The notes under the pieces are model-generated. The model ran no database searches. It worked only from the letters and a program-made list of their open reading frames with translations, and was not told where the DNA came from. Source: a virus. From it: a stretch of DNA of 32,903 nt. Of this stretch, positions 16,706-24,371 are shown piece after piece. The position numbers and the translations under genes were made by a program. Numbering within the stretch: position 1 is the first letter of the stretch; every line of letters starts with the position of its first letter. The DNA is taken from IMG/VR virus record IMGVR_UViG_3300019487_000071. One strand, written 5' to 3'.

Positions 16706-16755
16706 TTGAACTTGTCATACTATCGTTATTTGCGAACGGTTTCGCACAAGTTCAA
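16706..16755. other. Intergenic bulged hairpin
   Basis: Perfect 10-bp stem TTGAACTTGT/ACAAGTTCAA enclosing GCGAA/TTCGC. Confidence 0.6.
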
Positions 16756-16759
16756 ATTT

Positions 16760-16833
16760 TGGCAGGGAAACCTGGAATCGAACCAAGGTTGGCGGAGTCA
16801 AAGGCCGCTGTCTTACCACTAGACGATTTCCCT
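16760..16833 (-). tRNA. tRNA-Gln(TTG)
   Basis: Loop CTTTGAC; G73; CCA. Confidence 0.92.
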
Positions 16834-16844
16834 ACATTAAATTT

Positions 16845-16926
16845 TGGTGCCCAAGGCGAGATTCGAACTCGCATGCTTTCGCGCTGGTTTCTAAGACCAG
16901 TGTGTCTGCCATTCCACCACTCGGGC
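16845..16926 (-). tRNA. tRNA-Leu(TAG)
   Basis: Loop CTTAGAA; long variable arm; CCA. Confidence 0.92.
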
Positions 16927-16927
16927 A

Positions 16928-17001
16928 TGGCTGGGAAACCTGGAATCGAACCAAGGTTGACCGCTTCAGAGACGGCTGTCTTACCACTAGACGATTTCCC
17001 A
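16928..17001 (-). tRNA. tRNA-Gln(CTG)
   Basis: Loop CTCTGAA; body near-identical to Gln(TTG); CCA. Confidence 0.92.
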
Positions 17002-17006
17002 ATTTT

Positions 17007-17080
17007 TGGAGCGCGTAGCCAGAATCGAACTGGCGAATCCTCCATGGCAAGGAGACAGGTTACCACTACATCACACGCGC
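17007..17080 (-). tRNA. tRNA-Gly(GCC)
   Basis: Loop TTGCCAT; U73; CCA. Confidence 0.92.
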
Positions 17081-17088
17081 ACTCGCTC

Positions 17089-17421
17089 TTATTTTTCTAA
17101 AACATCCCTTTCAAATACTAGGTCAATCAACAGTTGTTCTGCTGTGCCATTAAATCCATAATACTTAAAATCTCTCATCTTCAAAGCTTCTAACGAAGTC
17201 TCTTCAGGTGACCATTGCTCTTCAAGTCCGTTGCACGAGCAATGCGATGCATTCACTTCGTACAGCTTTCCTTCCTTGTTGAACAAGATGAGTGCAGAAC
17301 CTTCGTAGCTTTCGCCCTCGTAGACGGCGAAGAGGATATCACAGCCATCAAGCTCTGAGACGTCAATCTCGAAAGCATTAGCAATTTCTTGCTTGTCCAT
17401 GTTATCGCTCTTCGTCCACAT
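17089..17421 (-). CDS. Hypothetical phage protein
   Basis: ILFAVYE...YEGSA...KLYEVNASHCSC.GLE.QW.PE; C-terminal FERDVLE motif. Confidence 0.75.
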   Translation of the reverse strand: MWTKSDNMDKQEIANAFEIDVSELDGCDILFAVYEGESYEGSALILFNKEGKLYEVNASHCSCNGLEEQWSPEETSLEALKMRDFKYYGFNGTAEQLLIDLVFERDVLEK

Positions 17422-17425
17422 ACAC

Positions 17426-17965
17426 CTATCCTGTTTCTAGCTCTGCTGTCCAGTAGACTAAGCTCCTGGTATCAACATAGCTCTTCCATTCTTCCGGAAC
17501 CTTCTTCATCCTAATCACTAGCTGAGCTGGTAGCCATGTGGGTTCCACTGGCCTCCTAAGCAACTTCATCTTCGCTTGCTCAGGAGTACGGTTAGCCTTG
17601 TAATGATTGCATGGGCGACATGCAGCCACGATGTTGGTCCAACTCGTAATACCACCTTGATCTCTAGGAAGAACGTGATCGAACGTTAAATCCTTGGTAG
17701 GCTTCCTCTCGTTACAGTATTGGCAAGTCCAACCATCTCTCAAGTAGATATTGATCCTGCTAAACTGCGCCTTACCCTTCCTCTTAAACTTCTTAAGTTG
17801 CCTAATAACGCTAGGCATCTTCCATTCTTGCGTCGCAGACCTGACAACATTATCGCCAGATTCTTCTACAACTTCAGCATCACCAGTGACTACAAGCTGC
17901 ATAGCTTTCATCCAGGTGATGATTTTTAACGGCTCATATGTGCTGTCAAGAAGTAACACTCTCAT
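17426..17965 (-). CDS. HNH endonuclease (McrA/HNH_5-like)
   Basis: VLLLDSTYEPL...RDGWTCQYC...LTFDHVLPR...SWTNIVAACRPCNHYK. Confidence 0.92.
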   Translation of the reverse strand: MRVLLLDSTYEPLKIITWMKAMQLVVTGDAEVVEESGDNVVRSATQEWKMPSVIRQLKKFKRKGKAQFSRINIYLRDGWTCQYCNERKPTKDLTFDHVLPRDQGGITSWTNIVAACRPCNHYKANRTPEQAKMKLLRRPVEPTWLPAQLVIRMKKVPEEWKSYVDTRSLVYWTAELETG

Positions 17966-17971
17966 GATATT

Positions 17972-18307
17972 TCATTCTCCATGTTTCTCATTCCAGTGCA
18001 GTTTTCTGTGACAGTTAGAGCAGAGGATATCACACTTTTTGAGTTCTCCTGATACTCTTTCTTTGCTCCACTTTCTATCTACCGCATCACTTATCTCAAT
18101 CTCTTTTTCTGTTGGATTTCTATGATGAAAATCCAGGCAACCTATATGATTCTCAGGACAACGAGCGCACTTAGCATTTGCTAATATTTCTTCTCGAAGC
18201 CATCGTCTCAATTCTGCTCTTTGTGCTTGTTGTTTTTCGTACATGTGCTTTTTATTGCGCTTGTACCAAGCCTTCTGAGCTTTCTTTTGTCTTTCTTTAT
18301 CCCTCAT
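17972..18307 (-). CDS. HNH endonuclease
   Basis: CARC...LDFHHRNP...KCDILCSNCHRKLH. Confidence 0.88.
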   Translation of the reverse strand: MRDKERQKKAQKAWYKRNKKHMYEKQQAQRAELRRWLREEILANAKCARCPENHIGCLDFHHRNPTEKEIEISDAVDRKWSKERVSGELKKCDILCSNCHRKLHWNEKHGE

Positions 18308-18308
18308 G

Positions 18309-18326
18309 ATATCTCCTAGGAGATAT
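18309..18326 (-). promoter_or_regulatory. Palindrome sequestering the RBS of the HNH gene
   Basis: Perfect palindrome ATATCTCCTAGGAGATAT contains GGAG and sits just 5' of the ATG at 18307. Confidence 0.55.
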
Positions 18327-18357
18327 TGTATCAGGTCAAAGTACTAGACCAAATCTT

Positions 18358-18433
18358 TGGTGCCTCCGTAGAGAATCGAGCCCTCTTCCACGGGTTAAAA
18401 GCCCGCTGCTCATCCATTAAAGCGTTCGGAGGC
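18358..18433 (-). tRNA. tRNA-Lys(TTT)
   Basis: Loop CTTTTAA; T loop CTCGATT; CCA. Confidence 0.88.
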
Positions 18434-18436
18434 ATA

Positions 18437-18510
18437 TGGTGGGTCTACGAAGAATCGAACTTCGGTCTACTGGTTAAGAGCCAGCAGCTTTACCACTAAG
18501 CTATAAACCC
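18437..18510 (-). tRNA. tRNA-Lys(CTT)
   Basis: Loop CTCTTAA; CCA. Confidence 0.93.
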
Positions 18511-18515
18511 GCTCC

Positions 18516-18662
18516 TTACCTTTTCATTATCAAGTCACATGCTTTGTTTACTGTTTCTCGTTTCGTTATTTTCAATTTTTCTAATGTTCTAAAGAGTTGC
18601 CAAGTTAGTCCCCATTTTTTTTTGGATCCCGACAGACAATCTTCCTTAGAAACTAATTTCAT
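18516..18662 (-). CDS. Small hypothetical ORF (48 aa)
   Basis: MKLVSKEDCL...; fills the gap between tRNA-Ala and tRNA-Lys. Confidence 0.3.
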   Translation of the reverse strand: MKLVSKEDCLSGSKKKWGLTWQLFRTLEKLKITKRETVNKACDLIMKR

Positions 18663-18668
18663 AATCTT

Positions 18669-18743
18669 TGGTGGACCGCTGGAGAATTGAACTCCACCAA
18701 CCGCAGTGCAAGTGCAGTTCGCCACCTTGGTACATGGCGGCCC
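18669..18743 (-). tRNA. tRNA-Ala(TGC)
   Basis: Loop CTTGCAC; G3.U70; A73; CCA. Confidence 0.9.
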
Positions 18744-18786
18744 ATATCTAACCTAATTGTAACTTAATTCCGTACTGTATTTGTTA

Positions 18787-18924
18787 TTACGCCCAGAGCG
18801 GATGGCGTTTCGTCTTAGGTTGTGGCATGACGCCATCAATACCTTGAACGCATGGGAGCACGGTGGCGCGAGTATCGCGCTGTGCTGCTTTTAGAATTGT
18901 AGTGTTGCGTCCAAACGAATTCAT
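18787..18924 (-). CDS. Leaderless small ORF (45 aa) overlapping strong hairpins
   Basis: CGTGG-TAGAAT + 6 nt + ATG; MNSFGRNTT...HPLWA. Confidence 0.35.
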   Translation of the reverse strand: MNSFGRNTTILKAAQRDTRATVLPCVQGIDGVMPQPKTKRHPLWA

Positions 18925-18946
18925 AATTTCATTCTACCACGAGTTT

Positions 18947-19144
18947 TTATTGACCTAGTAAAATTTTTTCAACTTGTTCTTTTAGCTCTTCAAAGCGCTT
19001 TTCTGCGATCTTTTCGGCGTGTTCCGGTGAACCGCAACTAGCGATTATTCTTCCAGTTCTCTTGTCTTGGACTATCCAATCCCTGTGGGGATTAGGCCCG
19101 CTATAGACCAAGAAGACTTGGTCCCACTTAGTTGGGAAGGACAT
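18947..19144 (-). CDS. Hypothetical protein (C-terminal VEKILLG motif)
   Basis: 65-aa ORF coupled to its neighbour. Confidence 0.65.
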   Translation of the reverse strand: MSFPTKWDQVFLVYSGPNPHRDWIVQDKRTGRIIASCGSPEHAEKIAEKRFEELKEQVEKILLGQ

Positions 19145-19364
19145 CTACTCGCCTCCACATGTCATACTGATCCTTGTTGATCTGCACAGAATGTGAAGCA
19201 TAATCTAGCAAATACCCACCAGAACCAAAATCCCTGCGCCAATACTTCACCTTAAGTTTTGTATACTCTGGTCCGATGTATTGAACCTTCTCGATGATGA
19301 GTTCAAGATCGTTTCCGCAAAGGTGGCGATACCTAGCGCCAGGAGTGAATCTGCTTCTGAACAT
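19128..19364 (-). CDS. Hypothetical protein
   Basis: 78-aa ORF; GAGG RBS. Confidence 0.6.
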   Translation of the reverse strand: MFRSRFTPGARYRHLCGNDLELIIEKVQYIGPEYTKLKVKYWRRDFGSGGYLLDYASHSVQINKDQYDMWRRVDVLPN

Positions 19365-19365
19365 G

Positions 19366-19770
19366 TTACCTCAACAATGATTTCTCGGTTGCTCTATTTA
19401 GCAATTCCGCTCTAAGGATTTCGATCAGCTGCGGTGAAAACTTTTCTTTGTAATCGTGCTTGCGGGATAGTTTCAGTAAAAATTTTAGATCAGATTCGCT
19501 GAATGTGATGGCTACTTGGCGATGATCTTCGTCTTCAAGTTCCTTACGAAGTGTCGTATAGCGTTCATCAGTCTTTCGCTCTTGATCTTGAAAGTAGAGA
19601 GCCGCAGGGATAAGCACAAGCATCGTGAACGGCCAGATGAGTAGTAGGATGGAACCTAACACAACATCATCTCTACCAATATCGACCTTCTCGCCTTTCT
19701 TCGTAGATGCAAGAAGTATGATAACTGCCCACAACATCACTGTCAATGAATATAGGAAAGCGATAATCAT
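19366..19770 (-). CDS. Two-TM membrane protein
   Basis: Two hydrophobic helices, including LLIWPFT; C-terminal TEKSLLR. Confidence 0.7.
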   Translation of the reverse strand: MIIAFLYSLTVMLWAVIILLASTKKGEKVDIGRDDVVLGSILLLIWPFTMLVLIPAALYFQDQERKTDERYTTLRKELEDEDHRQVAITFSESDLKFLLKLSRKHDYKEKFSPQLIEILRAELLNRATEKSLLR

Positions 19771-19792
19771 GGGTATGAGTAGTATCGGAAAA

Positions 19793-19868
19793 TGGTACCT
19801 CCAACGGGAGTCGAACCCGTATTCCTACCTTGAGAGGGTAGTGTCCTAGGCCATTAGACGATGGAGGC
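19793..19868 (-). tRNA. tRNA-Glu(CTC)
   Basis: Loop CTCTCAA; CCA. Confidence 0.9.
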
Positions 19869-19874
19869 ATAGTT

Positions 19875-19952
19875 TGGAAGCGCGGCCGGGTGTCGATCCC
19901 GGTTCTCCTGGTTGAAAGCCAAGTATCCTAGCCAAGCGTAGACGAACGCGCC
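19875..19952 (-). tRNA. tRNA-Glu(TTC)
   Basis: Loop CTTTCAA; T loop ATCGACA; CCA. Confidence 0.85.
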
Positions 19953-19991
19953 ATGCGATTTAAGGGAGATTTGGGTGTGCGAGGGGAGGGA

Positions 19992-20069
19992 TTAAGCGAA
20001 TAGACCGACGCACACCAAGCGTTCTTGCTCGGCTTCCATGAATTGGATTGTGAATTGTGCGTTGTTCAT
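19992..20069 (-). CDS. Leaderless small ORF (25 aa)
   Basis: CGTGG-TATAAT + 6 nt + ATG; MNNAQFTIQFMEAEQERLVCVGLFA. Confidence 0.35.
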   Translation of the reverse strand: MNNAQFTIQFMEAEQERLVCVGLFA

Positions 20070-20087
20070 ATTTTGATTATACCACGA

Positions 20088-20342
20088 TTACCAGTACCAG
20101 GTATCGAATAGTTCTTTTGCAGACTTAAGTCTTAATTTAGTAAGGAATTGAAGCAGTTGACCGATGCGGACTTCTCTCATAGTGGGTCCACGGTCGTGAT
20201 AGTCTTCAAACAGCCAGTCATCGTGACACATGAAGCAATAGTCTGCTTCCTCGTGATAGGTTCCAGCATAGCACTTCACGATAGGGGATTTGTCAGCTGC
20301 AGCCCTGTTGTACTTGTGGTTTCTCTTGCTGTTGAGACTCAT
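20088..20342 (-). CDS. Hypothetical protein
   Basis: 84-aa ORF with a C...CxxC motif. Confidence 0.55.
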   Translation of the reverse strand: MSLNSKRNHKYNRAAADKSPIVKCYAGTYHEEADYCFMCHDDWLFEDYHDRGPTMREVRIGQLLQFLTKLRLKSAKELFDTWYW

Positions 20343-20344
20343 TA

Positions 20345-21379
20345 TTAAATCTTACCATGCGCTCCATTCTCTTTAGTAGAGTTGGGCGTGATTAGGTTAA
20401 AAGCAGCTCTCATGCGGAACTCATCTAGGGAACGAGCACCGACATAAGTCATAGAGGAACGCAAGCCGCCTTCGATGTCTTGTAGGACATAAGCAACTGG
20501 TCCTTTGCAACGAACTAGGAAGGACTCACCTTCCGCAGTGCGCCATGAACTATCTTTGCCCTGAGCTTCGTAGCTCTCTTTAGAGGCTGACCCACGATAC
20601 TTCTTGAACCATACTCCTGCACCAGCATCCAATGTCTGGACCTTTTGTCCAGGGGTTTCGTCTGTGCCAGAGAGCATTCCGCCGACCATAACAAGCTTAG
20701 CTCCAGCTGCAAGTGCCTTAGCGATATCACCTGGAGTTTTGAGTCCTCCGTCCGCAATAACGTTTGCTCCGGTTGCAACGCAATCCATGATGGCCGATAG
20801 CTGAGGAACTCCAATACCCGTCTTGATGCGAGTGGTACATGCAGAGCCTGGACCAACGCCAACCTTGTAGTAGGCAACAATCGGTGCGCCAAGATGATAC
20901 TCAAAATCTTTGATCGATTGTCCAGTTGCAAAGTTCCCTGCAGTGATGTAAACCTTGTTGCTAAGGGCATCGTGAACAGCTTTCGCTTGCTCAACAACCG
21001 CAAGTTGAGCTCCATGTGCAACATCAATGACGATGTTAGTGGCTCCCACCGTTGCTAGTGCAACAGCTCGTTCCAACTCATATTCACCTAAGCCGATAGA
21101 AATAGCGGGACCATAGCCGTTTGGCCATAGGCAGGACTTATAAATCCTCACATTATCTTCGATAGACCCGAAGCGGTGTAGGCAGCCAATTCCGCCAGCG
21201 CTACCCATTGCATTCGCCATCTCGAAACCTGTGACGGTATCCATGTTGGCAGAGATGACAGGAAGTGAGAGTTTGGCATCACCGAAGTGAGTTGTCAAGT
21301 CTACTTCCTTACGGGACTTAATGCTAGAGAAACCTGGGGCGATCAGCACATCATCGAACGTGAACAGCTGCTTGTCCAT
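20345..21379 (-). CDS. guaC: GMP reductase (IMPDH/GMPR family, no CBS domains)
   Basis: [32 protein letters not shown] and KYRGSAS; GSAS fits GuaC better than the IMPDH GMGS. Confidence 0.85.
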   Translation of the reverse strand: MDKQLFTFDDVLIAPGFSSIKSRKEVDLTTHFGDAKLSLPVISANMDTVTGFEMANAMGSAGGIGCLHRFGSIEDNVRIYKSCLWPNGYGPAISIGLGEYELERAVALATVGATNIVIDVAHGAQLAVVEQAKAVHDALSNKVYITAGNFATGQSIKDFEYHLGAPIVAYYKVGVGPGSACTTRIKTGIGVPQLSAIMDCVATGANVIADGGLKTPGDIAKALAAGAKLVMVGGMLSGTDETPGQKVQTLDAGAGVWFKKYRGSASKESYEAQGKDSSWRTAEGESFLVRCKGPVAYVLQDIEGGLRSSMTYVGARSLDEFRMRAAFNLITPNSTKENGAHGKI

Positions 21380-21387
21380 TGTGGATC

Positions 21388-21876
21388 CTATTTGAGGAGG
21401 TCAGTGAGGTGGGACCACATAGCTTCATTCTCGCCAGTGGTGTATAGAGCTTCTTTAAAGCCTTGGAACTCTTTCTTGTACATGTTTAGGAAGTCTTGCT
21501 CGTGCTCAATAGAGGCTTCAACGTTCGCAATGCGGTCAGCGAGCTTGAGAACCACTGCGTCCTTAGACGCTTTGATTTTAACGTACGTCTTGACGTGGCG
21601 TTCCTTGCGATTCTTTCCCGGCTCATTTGTGACACGCCAAACAAGGTCTCGTACGCGAGCACCAAATAGTTCTTCAATTTCTTCGAGAGAGACATCGGTG
21701 TCTTCAACTGTATCGTGAAGCCAGGCGGCCATTTGGAGTTCTTCATCGTTTACTCCGAACCTAGCAAGGACGTTAACTACAGCATACAGGTGCTTGGTGT
21801 ACGGACCACCGTCGTACTCTTGCCCTAGGTGGGCATCAGCTGCGAACTCTCTTGCTTTAGATAGAGCATCAGACAT
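21388..21876 (-). CDS. HD-domain small alarmone hydrolase (RelA/SpoT hydrolase, Mesh1-like)
   Basis: AH.GQ...PYTKHL..V, LHDTVEDT and LKLADRIAN. Confidence 0.88.
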   Translation of the reverse strand: MSDALSKAREFAADAHLGQEYDGGPYTKHLYAVVNVLARFGVNDEELQMAAWLHDTVEDTDVSLEEIEELFGARVRDLVWRVTNEPGKNRKERHVKTYVKIKASKDAVVLKLADRIANVEASIEHEQDFLNMYKKEFQGFKEALYTTGENEAMWSHLTDLLK

Positions 21877-22259
21877 TATGCACCAACGTAGATAGGTTCA
21901 CCAGGTCCTACGAAACTGTAGAGACCGTCTTTTACTTTCTTAAATTCGGCGTCAGGTGCGCGATACACCATCGAGATGTCGCGGCGAACAAAGACTTCGT
22001 TCCTCTTCTTATCGAAGTAGAGGACATAGCCTAAAGCCTCGTTTCGTTCGACATAATAATCTAAGTCTTTATCGTTGCCGTAGCAGATGAAGATACGATC
22101 ATCACGAGAACGGTCACGCTTCTTGATTTCAGACTTTTTCTTTTCCATTGGCATGGGCATATTTGTATTATACGAATTGATTTTTGATGTGGCGGAGAGC
22201 ATCCTATTCGAAAGGAACGCAGAGTGAACATGCGCGATATGCTTAGCAGACATTCCCAT
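21876..22259 (-). CDS. Hypothetical protein
   Basis: ORF coupled to the hydrolase start; true start uncertain. Confidence 0.5.
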   Translation of the reverse strand: MGMSAKHIAHVHSAFLSNRMLSATSKINSYNTNMPMPMEKKKSEIKKRDRSRDDRIFICYGNDKDLDYYVERNEALGYVLYFDKKRNEVFVRRDISMVYRAPDAEFKKVKDGLYSFVGPGEPIYVGA

Positions 22260-22288
22260 AGACCTCTATAGCTTTACTCTCCAAATTT

Positions 22289-22359
22289 TGGTACTCTCGA
22301 CTGGAATCGAACCAGTTCAGCAGCTTTAGGAAAGCTGTGCCTCGTCCTAGAGCGAGAGC
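22289..22359 (-). tRNA. tRNA-Arg(CCT), shortened D arm
   Basis: Loop TTCCTAA; 71 nt; CCA. Confidence 0.8.
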
Positions 22360-22360
22360 A

Positions 22361-22431
22361 TGGTGCCCCTAGAAAGATTCGAACTTTCCTGACCGGATTA
22401 GAAGTCCAGCTGCCTATCCATTGGTAGGGGC
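22361..22431 (-). tRNA. tRNA-Arg(TCT), shortened D arm
   Basis: Loop CTTCTAA; 71 nt; CCA. Confidence 0.82.
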
Positions 22432-22857
22432 ATTGTATTCTTTGTACGCCTTCATCATGTATTTCCACTCATCCGGCGTAAAATTTTCGTTACGTGATAT
22501 GTTACATCTAGTACAACAAGGAACTACGTTCTTGGCAACATAATCATCGTTTGAATCTAGTCTATCTAGACCTGTTCCCATTTCTTTTTCAATGCTGGTT
22601 TGACAGTAGTGACAGTCTTGTGCAATAAGCTTCGAATAAGTCGCTAAATCTATTTCAAACTTTAATCCCCGCCCTTTTGCATTGCTAATTGCATTTTTGT
22701 GACGAGAGTTGGGTTTGAACTTGTTTTCTGCATACCATTTCTGTTTATTTTTATGCTTACATTCTTTGCACAAGCATTCGTGCCCGTCTTTGTAACGTTT
22801 ACTTTTGTTAAAATCTTTTTGCTCTTTATTTATTTTACATTTTGGACATGTTTTCAT
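22414..22857 (-). CDS. HNH-type endonuclease; stop codon inside tRNA-Arg(TCT)
   Basis: CxxC motifs; CHYC...GLDRLDS..DYVAKNVVPCCTRCN. Confidence 0.88.
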   Translation of the reverse strand: MKTCPKCKINKEQKDFNKSKRYKDGHECLCKECKHKNKQKWYAENKFKPNSRHKNAISNAKGRGLKFEIDLATYSKLIAQDCHYCQTSIEKEMGTGLDRLDSNDDYVAKNVVPCCTRCNISRNENFTPDEWKYMMKAYKEYNAPTNG

Positions 22858-22906
22858 GTCTCTATTGTATTATTAGGTTCGATTAAACATCGAACCACAT
22901 AAACTT

Positions 22907-22987
22907 GGTACCGGCCAAGGGACTCGAACCCTTACGCATTAGCGGCGCGTTTTAAGTGCGCTGTGTCTGCCATTCCACCACGCCGGC
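22907..22987 (-). tRNA. tRNA-Leu(TAA)
   Basis: Loop CTTAAAA; long variable arm; CCA. Confidence 0.9.
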
Positions 22988-22989
22988 AT

Positions 22990-23066
22990 TGGTAGCCCGA
23001 GTGGGAGTCGAACCCACAAAACTCAGTTTTTGAGACTGATACGTATGCCAGTTCCGTCATCGAGCC
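22990..23066 (-). tRNA. tRNA-Leu(CAA) with short variable loop
   Basis: Loop CTCAAAA; variable region only GTTTT; CCA. Confidence 0.85.
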
Positions 23067-23071
23067 ATATT

Positions 23072-23161
23072 TGGTGGGTTGTGAAGGAGTTGAACCATTC
23101 GTCTTCCCGCTCTACCGTTTAGAGACAACTGGGTTACAGCCAGCCGTAGAGAACACAACCC
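23072..23161 (-). tRNA. Atypical tRNA-Tyr(GTA)
   Basis: GGGTTGT/ACAACCC + ACCA; loop CTGTAAC; no canonical D arm; variable region about 28 nt. Confidence 0.7.
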
Positions 23162-23167
23162 AAACTA

Positions 23168-23521
23168 TTAAACTTCATCCATTCCGAGTTTGCGACTAAT
23201 CAAGTTGCCCTGATCACTTCGCTCCTCAATCTCAACATGTCCTAGACCTGCTTCAATCTTTAGCTTTAGCCAAGATTGGAATTCAGGCGTTGCGCACATT
23301 CTTTCGAAAGCAGTCTTGCGATTTTGACTTTGCTCTCTACTGTCGGTAGCCTTGCCTTCAGCACCACTAGATTCATGAACGCAGCGAACTCCGCTTGAGG
23401 TCTTCTGACGTTTCTGTCCGCCGTCTCCGCTACCTCTAAAAACGTCCCAGCGACAGTCAGCTGCCGTCACGCTGAACATCTTCGTTCGATTCTTTTTCCT
23501 TGCGCTCGACCCATTGTTCAT
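23168..23521 (-). CDS. Class I release-factor domain protein (ArfB/YaeJ-like peptidyl-tRNA hydrolase)
   Basis: FRGSGDGGQKRQKTSSGVRCVH...SREQSQNRKTAF: standalone GGQ domain with no codon-recognition domain. Confidence 0.88.
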   Translation of the reverse strand: MNNGSSARKKNRTKMFSVTAADCRWDVFRGSGDGGQKRQKTSSGVRCVHESSGAEGKATDSREQSQNRKTAFERMCATPEFQSWLKLKIEAGLGHVEIEERSDQGNLISRKLGMDEV

Positions 23522-23633
23522 AACTCACCCACTGGACATATCGGCTTTCACAAGAGCTGCATCCAGTTGGACCTACAGGTGCTTCAAATTCCACACCGCA
23601 TTTCTCGTTCATGCACTTGTACTTCTCATTCAT
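23457..23633 (-). CDS. Small Zn-ribbon-like protein
   Basis: CMNEKC...CSSC; overlaps the start of the RF-like gene by 65 nt. Confidence 0.4.
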   Translation of the reverse strand: MNEKYKCMNEKCGVEFEAPVGPTGCSSCESRYVQWVSYEQWVERKEKESNEDVQRDGS

Positions 23634-23638
23634 AAAAT

Positions 23639-23724
23639 TGGCGGAAGGTAGACGAATCGAACGCCCGACCTTTCGGTCGCCCTGGGGTTCAAGCCCAGTT
23701 GCCCACCATTGAGCGGTACCTTCC
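23639..23724 (-). tRNA. tRNA-Ser(TGA)
   Basis: Loop CTTGAAC; long variable arm; G73; CCA. Confidence 0.9.
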
Positions 23725-23731
23725 ATATTTG

Positions 23732-24042
23732 GTTAGAGACAGTCGATAAGCGGAATCCTGTCTAGGACTATCATTCGACTTGGACCGAACATTACTGTTG
23801 GCCTCTTTGCCTGGTACCCGATAGCACTCCGAGCAGGAGTATCACTATCCTATTTCCAGTTGCTGCACGAAGAGATTGCTCGTTTCACCCCAGTGTTTCG
23901 TAACCTACTCGACTGGACTCGTCTCTGTAGCTCTAATCGTCACCTCACGGTGCTGGGCCGTTAACCCATTCGTCGCTCTTGCAGTTCCGACTTTCCTCAC
24001 TCCTACTTGCGTAGGTCGCGCGATAGTCTGACCGTCTCTAAC
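23732..24042 (-). ncRNA. rnpB: RNase P RNA (compact)
   Basis: P1 TTAGAGACGGTC/GACTGTCTCTAA; P2 GACTATC/GATAGTC; CR-I GAGGAAAGTCGG; GCTACAGAGAC; GGTGAAAC; CR-V ACAGGATTCCGCTTAT. Confidence 0.92.
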
Positions 24043-24163
24043 AACTAACTTTTATAAGTCGATATAGTCGCGCGATAAGGGTTTTTGCTTCTTCAAGCTC
24101 TTCTCTTAGTTTAGCAATTTCTTGCTCCAACTCTCGCAACCTATTTTCTTCCTGTATCGTCAT
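24038..24163 (-). CDS. Small coiled-coil protein (41 aa)
   Basis: MTIQEENRLRELEQEIAKLREELEEAK...; its TAG overlaps the 5' strand of the RNase P P1 helix. Confidence 0.5.
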   Translation of the reverse strand: MTIQEENRLRELEQEIAKLREELEEAKTLIARLYRLIKVSC

Positions 24164-24169
24164 AAGCTT

Positions 24170-24246
24170 TGGCGCACCCTGTGGGACTCGAACCCACCAC
24201 AACTAGTTTAACAGACTAGTTTCTCCGCCCGGTAGAACTAAGGTGC
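24170..24246 (-). tRNA. tRNA-Asn(GTT) #1
   Basis: Loop CTGTTAA; G73; CCA. Confidence 0.88.
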
Positions 24247-24247
24247 A

Positions 24248-24278
24248 TGGTGCCGGCTAGTGGTTACGATCCACTGTC
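24248..24278 (-). pseudogene. Orphan tRNA 3' half (Phe-like)
   Basis: AGTGG-ATCGTAA-CCACT AGCCGGC ACCA with no matching 5' half directly upstream. Confidence 0.65.
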
Positions 24279-24371
24279 TTGTGTCCTTATTAAAGGCTTC
24301 GCTACAGTGACAATCTTGTATAACCTACCATCTGATGATCTTTTATACTTGCTCATAGTCTTCTTTCAGTT

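Noticed and set aside
16699-17100. ORFs 16699-17100, 16752-17066 and 16832-17050
   Set aside because: Entirely overlap tRNA genes; the internal repeats just reflect the two Gln tRNAs.
18615-18623. A9 tract as a frameshift site in a degenerate gene
   Set aside because: Both alternative frames stop within a few codons.
20345-21379. IMP dehydrogenase (guaB)
   Set aside because: No CBS domains and a GSAS rather than GMGS flap motif, so GMP reductase is more likely, though not proven.
22876-22896. GGTTCGAT/ATCGAACC hairpin as another CCA minihelix or T-arm remnant
   Set aside because: It is followed by TAAT, not NCCA, so it is more likely a processing or regulatory hairpin in front of the HNH gene.
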